Positions 1-9,896 of a stretch of DNA of 44,396 bases are shown here, one piece after another. A program made the translations under genes and the position numbers. This stretch comes from a virus (taxonomy: Duplodnaviria; Heunggongvirae; Uroviricota; Caudoviricetes): IMG/VR virus record IMGVR_UViG_3300028422_000701; one strand, 5' to 3'. A model generated the notes under the pieces. The model was not told where the DNA came from. It made no database searches and was given only the letters and a program-made list of their open reading frames with translations. The first letter of the stretch is position 1. The number at the start of each line of letters is the position of its first letter.

Positions 1-392
1 TGTTTTTTATCTAACATATATTTAGCACGTCTACCTGTAATAGCTCTTAAGTCACTACCAGTACCAATATCTATTTCTGTTTCAGTTATTTCACTTAAAG
101 TATTAGCTCCACTAATAACTCCGTCTGTAACTGTAATAGTTACACCGTCAACTTTAACCCCACCTAAGGTAATATCTGAAGCGGTAGGTAAAATATATTT
201 ATTTGCCTCTATTTCAATATTATCCAATTTTGTTTTATAATCAGTTGTAAAATCATTACTAGTTAATGACTTGCCAGCTACTTTATCCACTTTACCATCT
301 AAACTTGTTTGTAAATCATTTACATTAGCTAGTGGTATTTTTTCAATAATATTTCCATTAGTGTCCACAGTGGCTATTCTTACTCTTGCCAT
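1..392 (-). CDS. tail fibre protein, truncated by the window edge
   Basis: ATG at 392 with GGGGGA RBS, open to the edge; KVDKVAGKSLTSNDFTTDYKTKL...LPTASDITLGGVKVDG is a common phage fibre shoulder motif; not in the ORF track. Confidence 0.75.
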   Translation of the reverse strand, partial: MARVRIATVDTNGNIIEKIPLANVNDLQTSLDGKVDKVAGKSLTSNDFTTDYKTKLDNIEIEANKYILPTASDITLGGVKVDGVTITVTDGVISGANTLSEITETEIDIGTGSDLRAITGRRAKYMLDKK

Positions 393-404
393 TATACATT
401 CCCC

Positions 405-650
405 CTAAATAGTATTAACATATATAACACCATTTTCAATATTTCCATTTTTAGTTTGTATGGTAGTATTATATGCATATACTTCAGTTAAATTTTCAAT
501 TTCAAAACAATAGGCAATAGCCTGTGTATAAACATCAAATTGTAAATAACATTCTGTGTCATTGTTTTCAAGTACAATATATGCTATGTCTATTTTAGTG
601 ATGTCTGTAAATTTTAAACGATTTCTTGACATACTATCAACTCCAAACAA
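405..650 (-). CDS. small tail-tip region hypothetical protein
   Basis: ORF packed between fibre genes; likely start is ATG 632 with GGAG RBS. Confidence 0.6.
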   Translation of the reverse strand: MFGVDSMSRNRLKFTDITKIDIAYIVLENNDTECYLQFDVYTQAIAYCFEIENLTEVYAYNTTIQTKNGNIENGVIYVNTI

Positions 651-1407
651 ATGATGTATCTTGGGTTACTTGACTATTATATATAGTAAGTGCTCCAGAA
701 CTTTGTGTACCTTGCATTACAGTAAAATTGTTAATATAAACATAAGTATCTACATAACCACCACCTGAATTAATACCATAAACGTGTACGTAGCCTCTAT
801 ACAACATTCCCCAAGTACCTAGGGTAAAAGATAAATTTGGATATTGGTGTCTTCCATATCTGTTAGCTGTACTAGTAACACCATTAAAATTAATTACACC
901 ATTACCAGTTCCTTCATAGTCAAAATCTATTCTTACAACTGCCCAAGTACCTGCGTAAACATAGTTCGATGAATAAGAATGATATGCAGTACCACCATAA
1001 TATGTAGTCCATCTAATTCTACCGTCACCTAACCACCAAATTGCCCAACCATTAGTAGTATTACCAAAGTTGGCTACAAGTCTGTCACCGTTAACGTCCT
1101 TAGTACAATAAGCATAGAAATGAAAAGCATTTTGGTTTAAATTATAATTGGAACCAGCTATAGCTCCGTAGGAACCACTTACATTAAAATAAAGTTGTTT
1201 ATCGCCATAAGTAGCAGTTAATTTTTTTGTTATAGTTGTTAAATTACCATTACTATCCCGTACTTGTATACGTTGTATGTCTCTTAACACACCATTTTCA
1301 TCCAATGCTTTAACGTTAAGACAGTTAGTATCTGTAGTACCAGTGGCTAACTGTCCACGTTGTGTCCCACTAGAATCTTTTAAAATAATGTTACCTAGTT
1401 TTGCCAT
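637..1407 (-). CDS. putative receptor-binding protein with C-terminal lectin/LamG-like beta-sandwich
   Basis: position in tail-tip cluster; G/N/Y/T/W-rich beta-strand pattern (GWAIWWLGDGRIRWTTY...GTWAVVRIDFD); AGGAGG RBS. Confidence 0.6.
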   Translation of the reverse strand: MAKLGNIILKDSSGTQRGQLATGTTDTNCLNVKALDENGVLRDIQRIQVRDSNGNLTTITKKLTATYGDKQLYFNVSGSYGAIAGSNYNLNQNAFHFYAYCTKDVNGDRLVANFGNTTNGWAIWWLGDGRIRWTTYYGGTAYHSYSSNYVYAGTWAVVRIDFDYEGTGNGVINFNGVTSTANRYGRHQYPNLSFTLGTWGMLYRGYVHVYGINSGGGYVDTYVYINNFTVMQGTQSSGALTIYNSQVTQDTSFVWS

Positions 1408-1419
1408 AATATTCCTCCT

Positions 1420-3627
1420 TTAATATATAAAGTAAATAGTTGAATTAGTTGTACCTGCACTTCCACTAACAACACTAATATTATAACCGTCTATAGTATC
1501 TGCATCCCCTGTTATGCTTGCAGGTAATTTTGAATTACCATTTAATTTTAGTAACTTATTTGGTGCTGAAGATGTAACAACATCCTCTGCTAGAACTAAA
1601 TCAGTAACGTGTTTACCATCAACTGTATCAGCATCTCCTGTTATACTAGTAGGTAATTTAGCATCGTTATCCAATTTAAGTATTTTATTTGCTTCAGCCA
1701 CAGTGACAACGTCTGTACTATTAACAAAATCAGCACTACTCTTACCTTCTAAAGTTTGAGCATCACCTGTAATGTCAGCAGGTAATTTAGCATCTGCGTT
1801 TAACTTTAGTAATTTATTTGCCGTTGGGTTTGTAGCAATATCAGATGTAGGTACTTTAGCATTTAATAAATCTGAAATTTGTAAAGAATTAAATAAATTA
1901 TTTGCACTTGGTGTTGAATTACCAATAGAAATACCACTATCTTTTATTACGGAACCAGTTGTACCATCAAATACACATATATTATTGTTTACAGCTAATT
2001 GTGGTCCTACAACTGTTCCTTCTCCACCACCACCTAAAGTAATTGGAGCAAGTAATTCAATAACCTGTAAAATAGCATCTTGTGCTGCAATAGAACCACT
2101 ACCATCAACCATATAAAGTACTACTATATCGTTAGCATTTACATTAAAGTAACAATAACCACTTAAATATGCGTCAGTTTCAGTTTTACTAATTGCAACA
2201 GAGCTAGATGTTGGAATAGTTTGGTATAAAGTACCATCCCTATAAATTCTTAAAAAACTTTCTAAGTTAATAACATCACTACTTGATACATTAATAGTAT
2301 AATCAAGTAAATATGTACCTGCTTTTAAAAATTGAGCTCCATGAGCTGATATAGCTGAGATATTAGCTAATTGTAAGTTATCTCCCTGTGTATTACTTGA
2401 TGTATCTAAATCAATGTAACTACCTTCATTTGTTATAGCAACAATGTTGCCATTATATAATGTAATTGTACTTACTTGCCCATCAGTTAATGTTTCACTT
2501 AATTCAATTCCGTTTCCATAAATATTAGTTTTTAAAAATGAATTAGGGATTAATGCTGGAACGTTTGATAAGTCTTCTATTTTTAAATTAACTGCTCCTG
2601 TATATCCATTTACACTTGAAACATCATCTGTATTATCTTTCTTTTTCCAATTTGTGCCATCATACATAGCAGAGTCACCATTATTAAAAGTTAAGTCTGC
2701 TACAGTACTATAATAACTATTTGTATCACAAGTATAACAATCTCCGGCGTTATTTCCAGTGCTTGGTAGATCCCCACCTGTTGTAGAACCAGCACTACCA
2801 AAAGTACCTTTAAATTCCATTACACTAACTGGTAATTGGCTTATAGTTAGCTTTCCACCAGCGTCTAACGTTGCTAAACCATTTGCGACACCAACTAGTG
2901 TACTATCTACTTTTCCCGTTTGTAGAGCTTGTATTTGGGTTGTATGTCCAGCTATATTTGTAGTAGCATTATTAACTTGGTCATTAATACTTTCGTTAAT
3001 ACTTTTTTGATTATCTCCTCTTGCCATTAATGTAGGTGTGTTAGAAGTATTTAAAATACTATAATCACGTAATTGAACTAAGTTTTTTATTGTACTACTT
3101 GCATATGTTCTTAAATCAGTTACGTTATTAACACTTATCGTAGTTTGTCCATAAGTTAAAGTTGTTTTGTATAAAGGTAAAAAACATTTATTACTAATAT
3201 CAATATCGGTTGGGTAAGTAGGATCAACTGGTTGTGAACTTGGTTCTCCTGTAATAGTTGATATATATATTTCCCTATTGTCCCTATCTACCATTAAACC
3301 AACCATTGCAACTAGTGAATTGTTAACGGTTAATAGTTCCATACAAAATGTTAAATCAATAGTCATATATGGGCTACCATCATTGTTATCTTCAAATTTA
3401 ACAAAGAAACCATACTTGTCACCTATAAAGGCAGAACCTTTACAAATGTTTAATTTTAAACCACTTGTAGCATATAAGTTAAAGTCATTTAATTCTTCAT
3501 CTTTTTTTATAACACCACTTGTTATAATAGAACCTAAGTAACTCATAAAATCCAAGTCACTGTAAGGTCTATCAGGTAATTCATCTCCCTTTGATTGAAA
3601 GAAATTGCTATGTTTTCTATATACCAT
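1420..3627 (-). CDS. upper baseplate/tail fibre protein
   Basis: follows Dit; start moved to ATG 3627 (AGGAGGTG RBS); fibre motifs NGLATLDAGGKL and VSSVNGYTGAVNL; three 43-aa C-terminal repeats. Confidence 0.7.
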   Translation of the reverse strand: MVYRKHSNFFQSKGDELPDRPYSDLDFMSYLGSIITSGVIKKDEELNDFNLYATSGLKLNICKGSAFIGDKYGFFVKFEDNNDGSPYMTIDLTFCMELLTVNNSLVAMVGLMVDRDNREIYISTITGEPSSQPVDPTYPTDIDISNKCFLPLYKTTLTYGQTTISVNNVTDLRTYASSTIKNLVQLRDYSILNTSNTPTLMARGDNQKSINESINDQVNNATTNIAGHTTQIQALQTGKVDSTLVGVANGLATLDAGGKLTISQLPVSVMEFKGTFGSAGSTTGGDLPSTGNNAGDCYTCDTNSYYSTVADLTFNNGDSAMYDGTNWKKKDNTDDVSSVNGYTGAVNLKIEDLSNVPALIPNSFLKTNIYGNGIELSETLTDGQVSTITLYNGNIVAITNEGSYIDLDTSSNTQGDNLQLANISAISAHGAQFLKAGTYLLDYTINVSSSDVINLESFLRIYRDGTLYQTIPTSSSVAISKTETDAYLSGYCYFNVNANDIVVLYMVDGSGSIAAQDAILQVIELLAPITLGGGGEGTVVGPQLAVNNNICVFDGTTGSVIKDSGISIGNSTPSANNLFNSLQISDLLNAKVPTSDIATNPTANKLLKLNADAKLPADITGDAQTLEGKSSADFVNSTDVVTVAEANKILKLDNDAKLPTSITGDADTVDGKHVTDLVLAEDVVTSSAPNKLLKLNGNSKLPASITGDADTIDGYNISVVSGSAGTTNSTIYFIY
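1489..1850 (-). repeat. three tandem 129-bp (43-aa) coding repeats NKLLKL..KLP..ITGDA.T.DG
   Basis: equivalent GCA anchors at 1502, 1631 and 1760. Confidence 0.85.
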
Positions 3628-3628
3628 A

Positions 3629-4534
3629 TTATACACCTCCTTCTGATGATAAATAATTGTTTTTGTATCTAAAGGCAACTACTGGATAATTTTCTCCAGC
3701 GTAATCTTGTACCCCAATAGTATTAGCTCCGGGGTATAATTGAATATACTCGTCAGTAAGATCCATATAAGCAACTAAACTTTTAATATAATTATCGTTT
3801 ATATCGTATAAATTAATTGATTCCTTACCAACAGTAGTATTTATATGTACGTATTCATCCTCACCAATTGAATAATCAATCTTTAGATTACTTATTACAT
3901 TCTTGTAAATTCGTGAAATAGCAACTCCACTAGCAGGTCCAAATACATAAATGTCAGGTGACACAGTATAATCACCTTTAACTTCAACTGTATCAAGATG
4001 TCTATCCCAAGAAAAATAAGTAGGTAATGTAAAGTCAAATTTAAAATCTTGTACTTGGTCTCCAAATACTTCCGTAGTATAATCTTGGTCTTTAAAAAAT
4101 GGGCTATCACAAACTAATGTAATACTCATTACTTTATAACCAACTACCTTAGTAGATTCAATAATATTATGGGATAAATAACGAGCCTGTGTAGATGTAA
4201 TTTTACCATTTATACCAGTATATGTAACCACTACTTCTCCTATAAATGGGTTTAACAAACTTACTATATCTCTAAAGTATTCATTTGTTTTTTCATTACT
4301 ACCTGTTAAAACATGAATGTTAAAAGATAAAATTCTTTGGTCTGTTGTTATATCAACAGTTTGAGCTCCTTGTTTATATGGAATTTTTTCAGTTACATAA
4401 TCTACGTTAAAATTTTGAGTAAAACCTGTTAAGTCTGTAACTGCAACTTCTACAGGGTAAATACTATTTTGATATAAATTAGGTACTAACTCTAATGAGG
4501 AACCATTAGAGTTAGTTATATTTATTTTCCACAT
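3629..4534 (-). CDS. distal tail protein (Dit)
   Basis: directly after tape measure; size and motifs (ITLVCDSPFF, GDYTVSPDIYVFGP, QLYPGANTI) typical of siphophage Dit. Confidence 0.8.
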   Translation of the reverse strand: MWKINITNSNGSSLELVPNLYQNSIYPVEVAVTDLTGFTQNFNVDYVTEKIPYKQGAQTVDITTDQRILSFNIHVLTGSNEKTNEYFRDIVSLLNPFIGEVVVTYTGINGKITSTQARYLSHNIIESTKVVGYKVMSITLVCDSPFFKDQDYTTEVFGDQVQDFKFDFTLPTYFSWDRHLDTVEVKGDYTVSPDIYVFGPASGVAISRIYKNVISNLKIDYSIGEDEYVHINTTVGKESINLYDINDNYIKSLVAYMDLTDEYIQLYPGANTIGVQDYAGENYPVVAFRYKNNYLSSEGGV

Positions 4535-4535
4535 A

Positions 4536-7500
4536 TTATGACATCTCCCATCTTATTGTATCTTCAATAGCTTGGTTAGTTAAAACATTTTTAATTTTGT
4601 TTGTACTAGTTGAAGTATTAAATGTATTGTTATTAGTTATGTTAACTGACTTATTATTTTGTGTTGTTGTGCCTTGGTTGTTATCACTATCAGTTACTTG
4701 GTTGTTATTATATGGAGTTAATGATGTACCTAAGCTAGCGTTAGCATTAAGCTCTACATCAGCCATAGTGTTTAAATCGTTTAAAACTCCTTGTAATCCC
4801 TTAGTCATTGTTTTACTTACATTAGTTAATTGTTGGTCAAAACCTACTCCAATTCCTTGTGCTAGGTATTTACCAATTTGGTCTCTCATAACTCTTGAAG
4901 GTGATTTAATACCAAAGAATTTTTTTAACCCGTCTGTAATATCACTACCAAAACCTTTTATTTTATCAATAACCCAGTCTTTCATAGATTTAATACCATT
5001 CCATAAACCTTTAACTAAGTTTACACCAATGTCTCCAATACCACTTAAACCTTCACCAATTCCTTTAATTAATTTTACAGTAAGCTCTCCAGCTTTTACT
5101 AATAGGTCAGGAATTGATTTAATGAACCCTACTGCTAGGTTTCCAACTAATTGAATACCCATAACAATAAATTCAGGTATTTTACTTGCAAGTAAAGCAA
5201 GTATTCCAACTACAAGTTGTAACACAGCTACGAGTAATTGTGGTAAAGCTTGTAATAAACCTCCGGCAAGTGCAACTACTAATTTAATTGCAGCTTCAAC
5301 TAATAAAGGTAAATTATCAATAAGGGCAGTAATTAAAGCGTCTAGTAATTGTAATGTAGCATCTATAATTAATGGTAAATTATCTATCATTGCCTGCATT
5401 AATGTAGTCATTAATGTAATCATTGCGTCTATAAGTATAGGTAAATTATCTATTAATGTATTAAATATTGTAATTATTAAATTAATTACAGCATCTATTA
5501 TTGTAGGTAAATTGTCAATTAGTGCTTGAGCTAAGCCCATTATTAATTCAAGTCCAGCTTGTAATATTAAAGGTAAATTGTCGACTAACGTTTTTACAAT
5601 GTTGTTTAATATTGAAATAACTGACTTAACAATTAATGGCATATTATCAATAAGCGCTTTTCCAAGAGCTTTTATTATAAGTAAACCAGCCTTAATTATG
5701 TCAGGTAAAACTTTAACAAGTGAATTTATAACAGTAGTTATACCATTAATTAATACAGGTATTAAGTCAGGAATAGCGTCAGCTAAACCTTGTGCAAGAG
5801 CAACTAATATTCTTCCTCCTGCTTCTATTATAACAGGGAATAGTTGTGTAATAACACTAATAAATGTTCCAAATATTGTTGTAATAGTAGAAACTATTAG
5901 TGGAAGGTTATCAACTAATGCGTCAGTTACTAGTTTAAATATTTCTATTGCAGTACTTACTAATGTAGGTAAGGCAGTGTTTATTATATCAAGTATTTGT
6001 GGTATAATAGTTGCAAATGAATTAGTAAATTCTGTAATAACTGCAGGTAACTTTTCTGTTAATGTAGTCATTGTTGTTAATAAATTTGTAATAAAATTAT
6101 TAACGGCAGTTTTAGAATTTTCTAATAATTGTGTAACATTGAATTGTTTATTAGAGTTTAGGATTGCTAAGAAAGCACCAACACCCGTAGTAGCACCAGT
6201 TGCAGCTAAAGCTAAATTCATTATGCTACTTACTGCACCTTTTATTACATTACCACCTATAGATAAAATTCCTTTACCTATTTTTGCAAATCCATCCCCA
6301 ACTGCAGATAATGATTTTTGTAATGCACTTCCAGTAGCAGAAGCTATACTACTAAATATAGAAGGTAATTTCGCAACCCCACTTTTTAATAAATTTGCAG
6401 CTCCTGTTGTAGCATTTGTTAAACCAACTCTTAATTTGTTAGTTAACGATGTACCAACGTCTATTGCTTTATCTTTTAAAAGTGATAAGCCTCCACCAAC
6501 TACTAATTTAACGTTCATTTGTAAATTTTTAAGTGAATTAATTACCCCACCATTACTTTCAATACTATCTCTAAGTAATGACAAACCTCCGCCAATAACC
6601 ATTTTTGCACTGTCACGAAGATCTTGAAGAGCATATATTGGTCCGCCACTCTTTTTAATTCCATCCGATAAGGATTTAAAACTATTAGTTAAAAATGAAA
6701 TAGGTTTACTATCTGTAAACTTAGTCCATAAGTCTTGGGCTGCATTTTGAACTGTTTTAAATGGTGAAGCTAATGTTCCTAAAGCAGTGTTTAATTTATA
6801 AACCCAGTTGTAAGTACCATCAGTATTTAACATAACATTAATAAAGTTTTTAAATTTACCTTCAGCATTGTCAATACCACTATTTAGTACCCCTTGTGTT
6901 TTAGTCCAAGAAGAACTTAATTTTGTACTTACAGCTCCCGATAAATTATTAATAGTGTCTGTAAAGAAACCTGTTTTCTTAGTTGTGTTTTCTATACCTT
7001 CAGTTATAGGAGCGATTACATCTGCTATTCTTGTAAGTAAAGGTACTATTTGTTGTATATTGTTTTGCATAGTAGTGGCATTTTTTTCTGCATTTTTTGT
7101 GCCATTACTTGTTACTTGGAACATATCTCTTATGTTATCAGATAATAATCCAAATTTTGTAATTACACCACCAACTATTTTTATAATAGGTCCAATAGCT
7201 ATTGCTATACCTAATAAAGCAACAATATTACCCTTAGTTAATAGTTTAAAATTTTCAGTTAAGGCAGTTAAGTTTCTAGTATTTGTTAACGCCTCTGCAT
7301 CTGCTTCAGCCCCAAGTTGTTTATTTTGGTTTATTTTTTCTTGTGTCTCATTTATTTGTGAATTAATATCAGCAAGTTCTTTTGCTTTTTGTGCAGCAGT
7401 GTAAGAATCACTAACATCAGTTTCCATTATTTTTGATCTTTGTTCTGTTAATTTATTTAAAGATGTTTGTGCTGCATTTTCTAATTTTTTGTATAAACTA

Positions 7501-8978
7501 GATTCTTGAGCACATTTTAATATTGTTTGTTCTAAACGTAATTTTTCTACTGCGGAATCATTACCTTCAGCTTGAGCATTAACAATTTCCTGTTCAATAT
7601 CTGAAAGACGTTTTTGTTTATCATTTATTCCTGTAATAGTATTATACGTTTCTGTTAATTTGCTATTGAAGTTTTTAGTTAAACCAGCCATACTTCCTAC
7701 TGTATCAAATAATGCTTCAACCGATTCATTACAGTAATCTAATATGCCTCCAAAACTAGTGAAAGCTTCTTTAAAATCATCTAGTCCAGCAGGTAAATAG
7801 TTAAACCAGTTTAATGCATCTATTAATTTTCTTACTGCTGGTTCTGCGATTACTTCAACATAATCATATATATTTTGAGCAGCTGTTTCAATTGAAGATT
7901 GTAATATAGTCATTGCCCCACTTAAACCAGTAAGTAAAGCATTTTCCATACGTTCAGCTGCACCATAACTTTCATCCATTAAGACTATAAAATCTTGAAA
8001 TGATAAGTTAGTGTCGTCTGTAGTATCCCCTACACTTTGGATTAATGATAACATAGGTGTAATAGCATTTGTAGTAAAAATTGCCTTTAAAGCAGCATTC
8101 TTTTCCTCATCAGTTAATCCATTTAATTTAGTTGCAAGTTCCGTAACAATAGTAGATAAACTTTTAAATTTACCATCACTATCATAAGCACTGAACCCCA
8201 TTTTTTCCATTGCTTCTCTAGCACCAGATGTAGGAGCAGATAAACTAATTAAAGCTTGTCTTAAACCACGTCCTGCTAAACCAGCATTTAACCCACGGTT
8301 TGAAACGTAAGCTAATGCGGCAGCAACTTCATTGAATTCAACACCTAAGTTACTAGCAACAGAACCTGTAAATTTCATTGCTTCTGCAATATCAGTAACG
8401 TCTGCGTTTGAACTAGCAGCGGCTGTTGCTAAAACGTTGATTGCGTCTGATAAACTACTTATTTTTACTTCAACACCATCAATAGTTTTAGTTACGTAAG
8501 TGTCTGCACTTTTACCAAATTGGTATAATACGGCAGTTGCAGTTGCAGCAGCTTCTTCCATACTTTGACCACTTATTGTAGCTAAAGATGTTACTGCTTC
8601 AATACTACTTAATACTTGGTCAACATTTAAACCTGCTTTTGATAATTCAGCCATACCTTGTGCAACTTCTGTTGATGTTTTTGCCGTAGCAGCACCAACT
8701 TCTTTTGCTTTTTGGGTTAATCTATCCATTTCTTCAGTAGTAGCATTTGTAACACCTTTAACGTTGTTCATAGCTGTTTCAAAGTTTCTACCATAAGCTA
8801 TAATAGCTCCACCTGCAGCTAATAAAGGTATACTTACTGCATTAGTAAGTAAACTACCGAAGTTAGTTACCGCAACACCGAATTTTGTTACTATACCTTG
8901 GGCTTTTGTAAACCCAGTTTCTAATCCACTAACATCCGCAGTTAAGGCAACTACTAATTCTTCTATTTGTTTATCCAT
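4536..8978 (-). CDS. tail tape measure protein (TP901-like)
   Basis: 1480 aa; N-terminal FETAMNNVKGVT...EVAQGMAELSKAG core, amphipathic LIDNLP repeats, C-terminal FFGIKSPSRVMRDQIG. Confidence 0.95.
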   Translation of the reverse strand: MDKQIEELVVALTADVSGLETGFTKAQGIVTKFGVAVTNFGSLLTNAVSIPLLAAGGAIIAYGRNFETAMNNVKGVTNATTEEMDRLTQKAKEVGAATAKTSTEVAQGMAELSKAGLNVDQVLSSIEAVTSLATISGQSMEEAAATATAVLYQFGKSADTYVTKTIDGVEVKISSLSDAINVLATAAASSNADVTDIAEAMKFTGSVASNLGVEFNEVAAALAYVSNRGLNAGLAGRGLRQALISLSAPTSGAREAMEKMGFSAYDSDGKFKSLSTIVTELATKLNGLTDEEKNAALKAIFTTNAITPMLSLIQSVGDTTDDTNLSFQDFIVLMDESYGAAERMENALLTGLSGAMTILQSSIETAAQNIYDYVEVIAEPAVRKLIDALNWFNYLPAGLDDFKEAFTSFGGILDYCNESVEALFDTVGSMAGLTKNFNSKLTETYNTITGINDKQKRLSDIEQEIVNAQAEGNDSAVEKLRLEQTILKCAQESSLYKKLENAAQTSLNKLTEQRSKIMETDVSDSYTAAQKAKELADINSQINETQEKINQNKQLGAEADAEALTNTRNLTALTENFKLLTKGNIVALLGIAIAIGPIIKIVGGVITKFGLLSDNIRDMFQVTSNGTKNAEKNATTMQNNIQQIVPLLTRIADVIAPITEGIENTTKKTGFFTDTINNLSGAVSTKLSSSWTKTQGVLNSGIDNAEGKFKNFINVMLNTDGTYNWVYKLNTALGTLASPFKTVQNAAQDLWTKFTDSKPISFLTNSFKSLSDGIKKSGGPIYALQDLRDSAKMVIGGGLSLLRDSIESNGGVINSLKNLQMNVKLVVGGGLSLLKDKAIDVGTSLTNKLRVGLTNATTGAANLLKSGVAKLPSIFSSIASATGSALQKSLSAVGDGFAKIGKGILSIGGNVIKGAVSSIMNLALAATGATTGVGAFLAILNSNKQFNVTQLLENSKTAVNNFITNLLTTMTTLTEKLPAVITEFTNSFATIIPQILDIINTALPTLVSTAIEIFKLVTDALVDNLPLIVSTITTIFGTFISVITQLFPVIIEAGGRILVALAQGLADAIPDLIPVLINGITTVINSLVKVLPDIIKAGLLIIKALGKALIDNMPLIVKSVISILNNIVKTLVDNLPLILQAGLELIMGLAQALIDNLPTIIDAVINLIITIFNTLIDNLPILIDAMITLMTTLMQAMIDNLPLIIDATLQLLDALITALIDNLPLLVEAAIKLVVALAGGLLQALPQLLVAVLQLVVGILALLASKIPEFIVMGIQLVGNLAVGFIKSIPDLLVKAGELTVKLIKGIGEGLSGIGDIGVNLVKGLWNGIKSMKDWVIDKIKGFGSDITDGLKKFFGIKSPSRVMRDQIGKYLAQGIGVGFDQQLTNVSKTMTKGLQGVLNDLNTMADVELNANASLGTSLTPYNNNQVTDSDNNQGTTTQNNKSVNITNNNTFNTSTSTNKIKNVLTNQAIEDTIRWEMS

Positions 8979-9006
8979 TTATAATGTTCACCCCCGTGAT
9001 TATTAG

Positions 9007-9318
9007 TTACATTTGTGCTAGGTCAGCACCTTTAACATTACTTCCACCAGAAGTACTGTTTGTTGTTTTGTTATTGTTTTTATTAAGTGCTTTTTTCCAT
9101 TCTTCAAAACTCAATTTAGTTTGAGACTTTATGTACATCTCAAATAGTTTTTCATCATGTACTTTTTCGTAGGCTTTAACTGTTTTTATAGCCCCTATTT
9201 CAACAGGAGTGTCATATATAAAATCTACGTTACCCCCATAACGCATATTTAATGTATCTTCTATATTGTACCAACCAATCTTCTCTTCAAAGCCTAAATA
9301 CGTGAGAAGAATTTGGTA
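9007..9318 (-). CDS. tail assembly chaperone frameshift extension (gpGT-like)
   Basis: the -1 frame is open from the GGGTTTT heptamer (9324-9318) through the 79-aa ORF 9007-9246. Confidence 0.8.
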   Translation of the reverse strand, partial: YQILLTYLGFEEKIGWYNIEDTLNMRYGGNVDFIYDTPVEIGAIKTVKAYEKVHDEKLFEMYIKSQTKLSFEEWKKALNKNNNKTTNSTSGGSNVKGADLAQM

Positions 9319-9824
9319 AAACCCGATTGTGTAAATATCGCTTGTAAAGCACCTACTGCTTCATCCATATCAAAGTCTAATACTTGTTCTTGTGTATAAC
9401 CAATTAAGAAATAAGACATAAATTCTGCAACTATATCAAACTTAAATGCAACTAAGTTAACAAGTTGGTATAATAATATAACAAGTTCATCGTTTTTTTC
9501 GTTATTCTTATTATAATGTTCTTTTACAGCTTGTCCTACTTTTGTAACATCATTGTCGTTGTCTAAATATAATTGTTGTATTTGTTCCTTAGTAAAGTTA
9601 ACTCTTAAGTATTCTTCTATTTCTGTTGGGTTGCTAAAATTAATTGAAGACTTTCTATTAAAAATTGTTTTTGTTATTTTTTTAAGGTCATCTTCTGTTA
9701 AACCTAGTTTAGTAATAAATTCAGCCATCTTTTGAATATCTCTAAATTTAAACTCCTTAACTTTATATTCTTTTACACTTTCTTGTTCATCTAGTATTTC
9801 TACTATTTCATTTTCTTTTTCCAT
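9294..9824 (-). CDS. tail assembly chaperone (gpG-like)
   Basis: between major tail and tape measure genes; in-frame slippery heptamer near the 3' end. Confidence 0.8.
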   Translation of the reverse strand: MEKENEIVEILDEQESVKEYKVKEFKFRDIQKMAEFITKLGLTEDDLKKITKTIFNRKSSINFSNPTEIEEYLRVNFTKEQIQQLYLDNDNDVTKVGQAVKEHYNKNNEKNDELVILLYQLVNLVAFKFDIVAEFMSYFLIGYTQEQVLDFDMDEAVGALQAIFTQSGFTKFFSRI

Positions 9825-9849
9825 TTTTATTTTCCTCCCTTATAATAAT

Positions 9850-9882
9850 AAAAATAGGGAAACGAGTTCAACCCGTTCCCCC
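9850..9882 (-). terminator. intrinsic terminator after major tail gene
   Basis: GGGAACG/CGTTTCCC stem followed by a T run on the minus strand. Confidence 0.65.
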
Positions 9883-9896
9883 GTGTGGTAGTTTAA

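Noticed and set aside
637-1407. Diversity-generating retroelement target in the N/Y/G-rich receptor protein
   Set aside because: No reverse transcriptase or template repeat in the window; cannot be excluded for the rest of the genome.
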